Part shown: piece after piece, positions 7,212 through 10,853 of the stretch
Layout of the letters: the number at the start of each line of letters is the position of its first letter
How positions within the stretch are numbered: the first letter of the stretch is position 1
Notes under the pieces: model-generated
Told to the model about the DNA's origin: nothing
What the model saw: only the letters and a program-made list of their open reading frames with translations
The model's database searches: none
Translations under genes and position numbers: made by a program
Assembly (NCBI GenBank): GCA_013416795.1
Contig: RQSC01000006.1
Span: 292,114-302,966, forward strand
Direction: 5' to 3'
DNA: 10,853 nucleotides
Source: Prasinococcaceae sp. CCMP 1430
Taxonomy: Eukaryota; Plantae; Prasinodermophyta

Positions 7212-8162
7212 GCGGCGGCGGCGAAGGCGCCCGCGGCCGTGGCGGCCTCGCTGTCGGCCGACAACGTCGCCACGCGCACCGTGCTGGGCGCGACGCGCCA
7301 GGAGAACCAGGACCGCTACGACGTGCAGCTGCCGGCCGGTCAGGTCGCCGACGGCGGCATCGTCGCGCAGATCGGCGTGTACGACGGCCACGGCGGCTCG
7401 GCGGTCGCCGAGTACCTCGGCAAGAACTTCCTCAAGGGCGTGGCGTCGAAGTGGGTGAAGCCCGCGGGCGCCAAGACGGCCATCACGACCCTCTGCCTCG
7501 AGACGGACGACCAGATGCTCGAGGGAGGCGATGGCGGCTTCCTGTCCTTCTTCATGGAGCGCGGCGTGGGCGGCTCCAAGTGCGGCTCGACGCTGGCGGT
7601 GGCGACACTCTTCGCGGAGGGCGGCGAGGCCAAGCTGGCGTCCACCAACGTGGGCGACTCGCGCGTGCTGCTCGTGCGCGGCGGCAAGGCGGTGCAGCTG
7701 TCGGAGGACCACGTCCCCGACAACGAGGACGAGCGCAAGCGCATCGAGTACTACAACCCCAACCCCAAGATGCCTCTCGTGCGCTTCGTCGGCGAGTGCT
7801 GGCGCGTGGGCGGCATTCTCGCGCTCTCGCGGGCGATCGGCGACTCGTACATGAAGCAGGCGCCGGAGTTCGAGGGCATCTCGTACGGCGGCGCCGAGTA
7901 CGCCTCGGGCTTCGGCGTGATTGCCGAGCCCACCATCGAGATCGCCACGCTCACCGACGAGGACGAGTGGCTGGTGGTGACCTCGGACGGCCTCTTCGCC
8001 AACGAGGAGCGCGGCGGCGGTGGCGGCGTCGACAACGACGCCGTGGCCGCGCTCGCGTCCAAGGCGAGCAGCCCCGCCGAGCTCGCGGACGCGCTTGTGG
8101 CCGCCGCGCAGCAGGCAGGCTCCACCGACGACATTACCGTCGTGTGCGCCAAGCTCAACTAG
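7212..8162 (+). CDS. PP2C/PPM-family Ser/Thr protein phosphatase, 5'-partial
   Basis: PPM motifs RQENQD, GVYDGHGG, GST, NVGDSR, LSEDHVP, LALSRAIGD, VTSDGL and GSTDDIT are present, so all metal-binding Asp are retained. The frame is open upstream of the GTG at 7239 (AAAAKAPAAVAAS...). Stop TAG is at 8160-8162. Confidence 0.95.
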   Translation, partial: AAAAKAPAAVAASLSADNVATRTVLGATRQENQDRYDVQLPAGQVADGGIVAQIGVYDGHGGSAVAEYLGKNFLKGVASKWVKPAGAKTAITTLCLETDDQMLEGGDGGFLSFFMERGVGGSKCGSTLAVATLFAEGGEAKLASTNVGDSRVLLVRGGKAVQLSEDHVPDNEDERKRIEYYNPNPKMPLVRFVGECWRVGGILALSRAIGDSYMKQAPEFEGISYGGAEYASGFGVIAEPTIEIATLTDEDEWLVVTSDGLFANEERGGGGGVDNDAVAALASKASSPAELADALVAAAQQAGSTDDITVVCAKLN

Positions 8163-8456
8163 GAAGCCTCCGCGTGCCAGCCCGCGCGCGGCCCCGACCG
8201 CCCCGGCCTCGAGGCCGGCATGCCCCCGGGAGGGCGGCGCGGAGGTAGCGCGGCCGGCGGGTGCGTAGAAACATAAACAGACGTGAGGTTTATGGGGATA
8301 GCCGTCGGCGCGGGGCCGGATGCGCCTGCGACGGCGACTTGCTGCGCGCGCGCGTCCTCACCGCACGTGCGCGCTTCACATGTCCCCGGGCTTGCCGAAG
8401 GATCCACCGCCGCCCCCGGAGGGCCGCCCGCCGCCGCCGCCCCCCGAACGCGCGCC

Positions 8457-8637
8457 AAAAAAACAAAAACAAAAAAACAAAAAAAACAAAAACAAAAAAA
8501 GACCAAAACGACGCACAGACGGAGGCGAAAGGCGGAAGGCACAAACGAACGCGGAGAACAAACTGGGGGAAAAAAAGGGGGCGAGTGCGGCGCGCGCCTT
8601 TTTTTTTTTTGTTTTTTTTGTTTTTTGTTTTTTTTTT
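8457..8637. repeat. Opposed low-complexity tracts (CA5-7)n at 8457-8500 and (T6-12G)n at 8599-8637
   Basis: Read directly from the sequence. The two tracts are approximate reverse complements. Confidence 0.8.
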
Positions 8638-8866
8638 GGATTTTCGGTGGCGTTTTCGTTTGGGTTTTCGCGTTCGTTTTCGCACCCCCGCGGGGGGGGA
8701 AAAAAAGGGGGAAATCGGAGGGGAAAAAGGAGCGAGGAAAAAAGGGGCGCCGGGCGGCGGCGCCGCCCGCCCGCGTCCCTCCTCCCCCCCCCCGCCCCCC
8801 CCTCGCGCGCGCCGATGGCAGGCGAGCCGAGGCATCGCTCGGACTCCGCGCTGCCGACGAGCGCGT

Positions 8867-9491
8867 NNNNNNNNNNNNNNNNNNNNNNNNNNNNNNNNNN
8901 NNNNNNNNNNNNNNNNNNNNNNNNNNNNNNNNNNNNNNNNNNNNNNNNNNNNNNNNNNNNNNNNNNNNNNNNNNNNNNNNNNNNNNNNNNNNNNNNNNNN
9001 NNNNNNNNNNNNNNNNNNNNNNNNNNNNNNNNNNNNNNNNNNNNNNNNNNNNNNNNNNNNNNNNNNNNNNNNNNNNNNNNNNNNNNNNNNNNNNNNNNNN
9101 NNNNNNNNNNNNNNNNNNNNNNNNNNNNNNNNNNNNNNNNNNNNNNNNNNNNNNNNNNNNNNNNNNNNNNNNNNNNNNNNNNNNNNNNNNNNNNNNNNNN
9201 NNNNNNNNNNNNNNNNNNNNNNNNNNNNNNNNNNNNNNNNNNNNNNNNNNNNNNNNNNNNNNNNNNNNNNNNNNNNNNNNNNNNNNNNNNNNNNNNNNNN
9301 NNNNNNNNNNNNNNNNNNNNNNNNNNNNNNNNNNNNNNNNNNNNNNNNNNNNNNNNNNNNNNNNNNNNNNNNNNNNNNNNNNNNNNNNNNNNNNNNNNNN
9401 NNNNNNNNNNNNNNNNNNNNNNNNNNNNNNNNNNNNNNNNNNNNNNNNNNNNNNNNNNNNNNNNNNNNNNNNNNNNNNNNNNNNNNNNNNN
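8867..9491. other. Assembly gap (625 N)
   Basis: Run of N. Confidence 0.99.
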
Positions 9492-9620
9492 GTCACGCGC
9501 GCGCAGCGCGAGCGAGCGGGCGAGGGCGACGGAGGGAGCGCGCGCGCGAGAGCGCGAGCGAGACCGGGTCAGCGCGCTCGCCTGCCGCGCTCGGCCGCCC
9601 TCCCCCCTGCAGCCACGGCG

Positions 9621-9690
9621 TCCTCGCGCGTCCTCGCGCGTCCTTGCGCGTCCTCGCGCTCGCTCGCTCGCTCGCTCGCTCGCTCGCTCG
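9621..9690. repeat. Compound tandem repeat (TCCTCGCGCG)x4 merging into (CGCT)x8
   Basis: 10-nt units at 9621, 9631, 9641 (one substitution) and 9651, then CGCT units at 9657-9688. Confidence 0.92.
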
Positions 9691-9786
9691 CGCACGCACC
9701 TGTCGCCTCCTCTCCGACCGCCTCCGCCCCGCGCCTCCCCCGCGCACATGGCGCCTGCAGCGGGAGGTCGGGGGCCTCTCCCCGTC

Positions 9787-9830
9787 CCCCTCTTTCCCAC
9801 CCCTCTTTCCCACCCCACCCCACCCCGCCC
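9787..9830 (-). repeat. 13-bp tandem duplication (CCCCTCTTTCCCA)x2 running into (CCCCA)n; G-quadruplex-type motif on the - strand
   Basis: Units at 9787-9799 and 9800-9812. The - strand of 9809-9830 reads GGG-C-GGGG-T-GGGG-T-GGGG-T-GGG. Confidence 0.75.
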
Positions 9831-10369
9831 GCGCCCCGCGCGCGCCGTGTGGCACTCCCCCTCCGCCCTCCCTCCCGCCACCGCGCACCGCACGCACACA
9901 CGCACAACAAAAGCAAAGGAGATGCGCGGAAAAAGACCGCCCCGGCAAAAAAAAAAAAAAAGGTTGGGGGGGGCACGCCGTCGGATGTGGATCAATCGGC
10001 GGCGTTCGGGGCGCGTTCGGTCGGAGCGCCACGGCGCGTTGGCCCGCAGCCGAAGCCGGGATTTGATGGGTCGGGCGAAACGCCGTTGCTTTCGTTTGTT
10101 TGTTGTTGTTGTTGTGCGTGCGTGTGTGCGTGCGGGTGTGCCGAAACGGATCGTTCTGCCGGGAATCCGGCGCACTCCGCGCGCAGCGGAAAACGGCGGA
10201 CGAAGTCGGTGGGCGGATGATCTGCCCGCTCTGCTACGAGGAGTGCGCTCCGCAAATGAAAAAAGGAAAATGGAAAACGGCACAAGCAAATGCAAAAAGG
10301 CAAAGGCAAATGCAAAAAGCCATAGCCGCCGACTTCCGTCACTTCGCCCCGCGGCCGGAAATCCAGATG

Positions 10370-10446
10370 AAAATCAACATCAACATCAACATCAAAATAA
10401 AAATAAAAATACCGTAAAAATAAAACAAAATCGAAATCGAAATCGG
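10370..10446. repeat. Mosaic hexamer array AAAATC/(AACATC)3/(AAAATA)3/.../AAAATC/(GAAATC)2
   Basis: Read directly from the sequence; 6-nt periodicity with blocks of variant units. Confidence 0.8.
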
Positions 10447-10630
10447 AGGCCGCCGTACGTCCATCGCTTCGCACTGATACTGATGGTTCCCGTTTTTTTT
10501 TTCGCGCCGCGCGGCGGGGGGGGCGGCGCGTTCGCCGCGGCCCCATCGGATCGCAGGCGCGGCTCCCATCCAAAAAAAAAAAAAGAACGTGTGCGACCGA
10601 ACACCGCACACGCCAACCAAACGCCAAGAA

Positions 10631-10666
10631 TCAAAATCAAAATCAAAATCAAAATCAAAATCAAAA
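10631..10666. repeat. (TCAAAA)6 perfect hexanucleotide microsatellite
   Basis: Six exact units. Confidence 0.95.
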
Positions 10667-10835
10667 ACTCCGGTCGGGGCGCGCGCGCGCGCGGGCGGCG
10701 GTTCGGGTTCGTTTTTCGGCGGAAGCCGCGGCCCGCGGCGGCGGGTCGCCCGCGCGGTCGTCACATCGGAACGCACTGCGCGGGACGCCGCGGGGCGCGC
10801 GAAAGCGAAGGCGAAAATCCGAGGCGGGCGCGGGA

Positions 10836-10853
10836 TTTTTTTTTTTTTTTTTT
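10836..10853. repeat. Poly(T) tract of at least 18 nt, truncated by the window end
   Basis: Read directly from the sequence. Confidence 0.95.

Noticed and set aside
8376-8455. Minus-strand GGGGGSFGKPGDM* as a Gly-rich C-terminus or RanBP2 zinc-finger start
   Set aside because: There is no AG acceptor after the upstream T-tract and no W-x-C continuation. Gly runs are expected from GGC repeats.
9621-9690. Regular repeats as a CRISPR array
   Set aside because: There are no unique spacers, the units are only 4-10 nt, the context is eukaryotic, and no cas genes are present.
774-10295. Long ORFs spanning N-gaps (for example 774..2798, 5222..7279, 5244..7712, 5249..8248, 8261..10066, 8376..10295)
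   Set aside because: They are artefacts of N runs lacking stop codons. Only the sequenced portions with motif or codon support were kept.
10631-10666. (TCAAAA)n/(TTTTGA)n as a telomeric repeat
   Set aside because: It is short and internal, and lacks the G-run of known algal telomere units such as TTTAGGG.
9748-10853. Stop-free + frame from ATG 9748 to the window end
   Set aside because: The translation is low-complexity and crosses homopolymers and microsatellites with A-ending codons. The open frame is explained by a scarcity of stop codons.
10814-10853. AAAATCC/GGATTTT stem plus poly(T) as an intrinsic or Pol III terminator
   Set aside because: Bacterial terminators do not apply here. 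I found no A/B boxes or recognisable Pol III gene upstream, and the tract is truncated by the window end.

Overview
This is GC-rich eukaryotic DNA, probably from a green alga (inferred from plant-type SAT and RH57-like helicase sequences, very high GC3 and TGTAA motifs near 3' ends). It is a gapped draft scaffold with N-gaps at 970-1714, 6247-7210 and 8867-9491, plus a single N at 4736. It starts in a (GT)n microsatellite and ends in poly(T). Four 5'-truncated genes are supported, none with an obvious intron in the sequenced part: (1) a Pro/Thr-repeat, Cys-containing, probably secreted protein (+, 1716-2798); (2) a DDX52/Rok1-type DEAD-box helicase (-, 2964-4735); (3) a serine O-acetyltransferase (-, 5407-6246); and (4) a PP2C phosphatase (+, 7212-8162). 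A fifth coding fragment, the 3' end of an unidentified + strand gene (4737-4934), abuts the helicase at the single N, which indicates a hidden scaffold join. The most notable observation is the SAT. It keeps its catalytic residues but has a tail of about 98 aa ending in -RPRAKL*, a PTS1-type peroxisomal signal, instead of the terminal Ile used for cysteine synthase complex formation. I found no prokaryotic systems, CRISPR arrays, rRNA/tRNA genes or transposases. The remaining non-coding DNA holds simple repeats, A/T tracts, hexamer arrays and some weak splice-like or hairpin signals.
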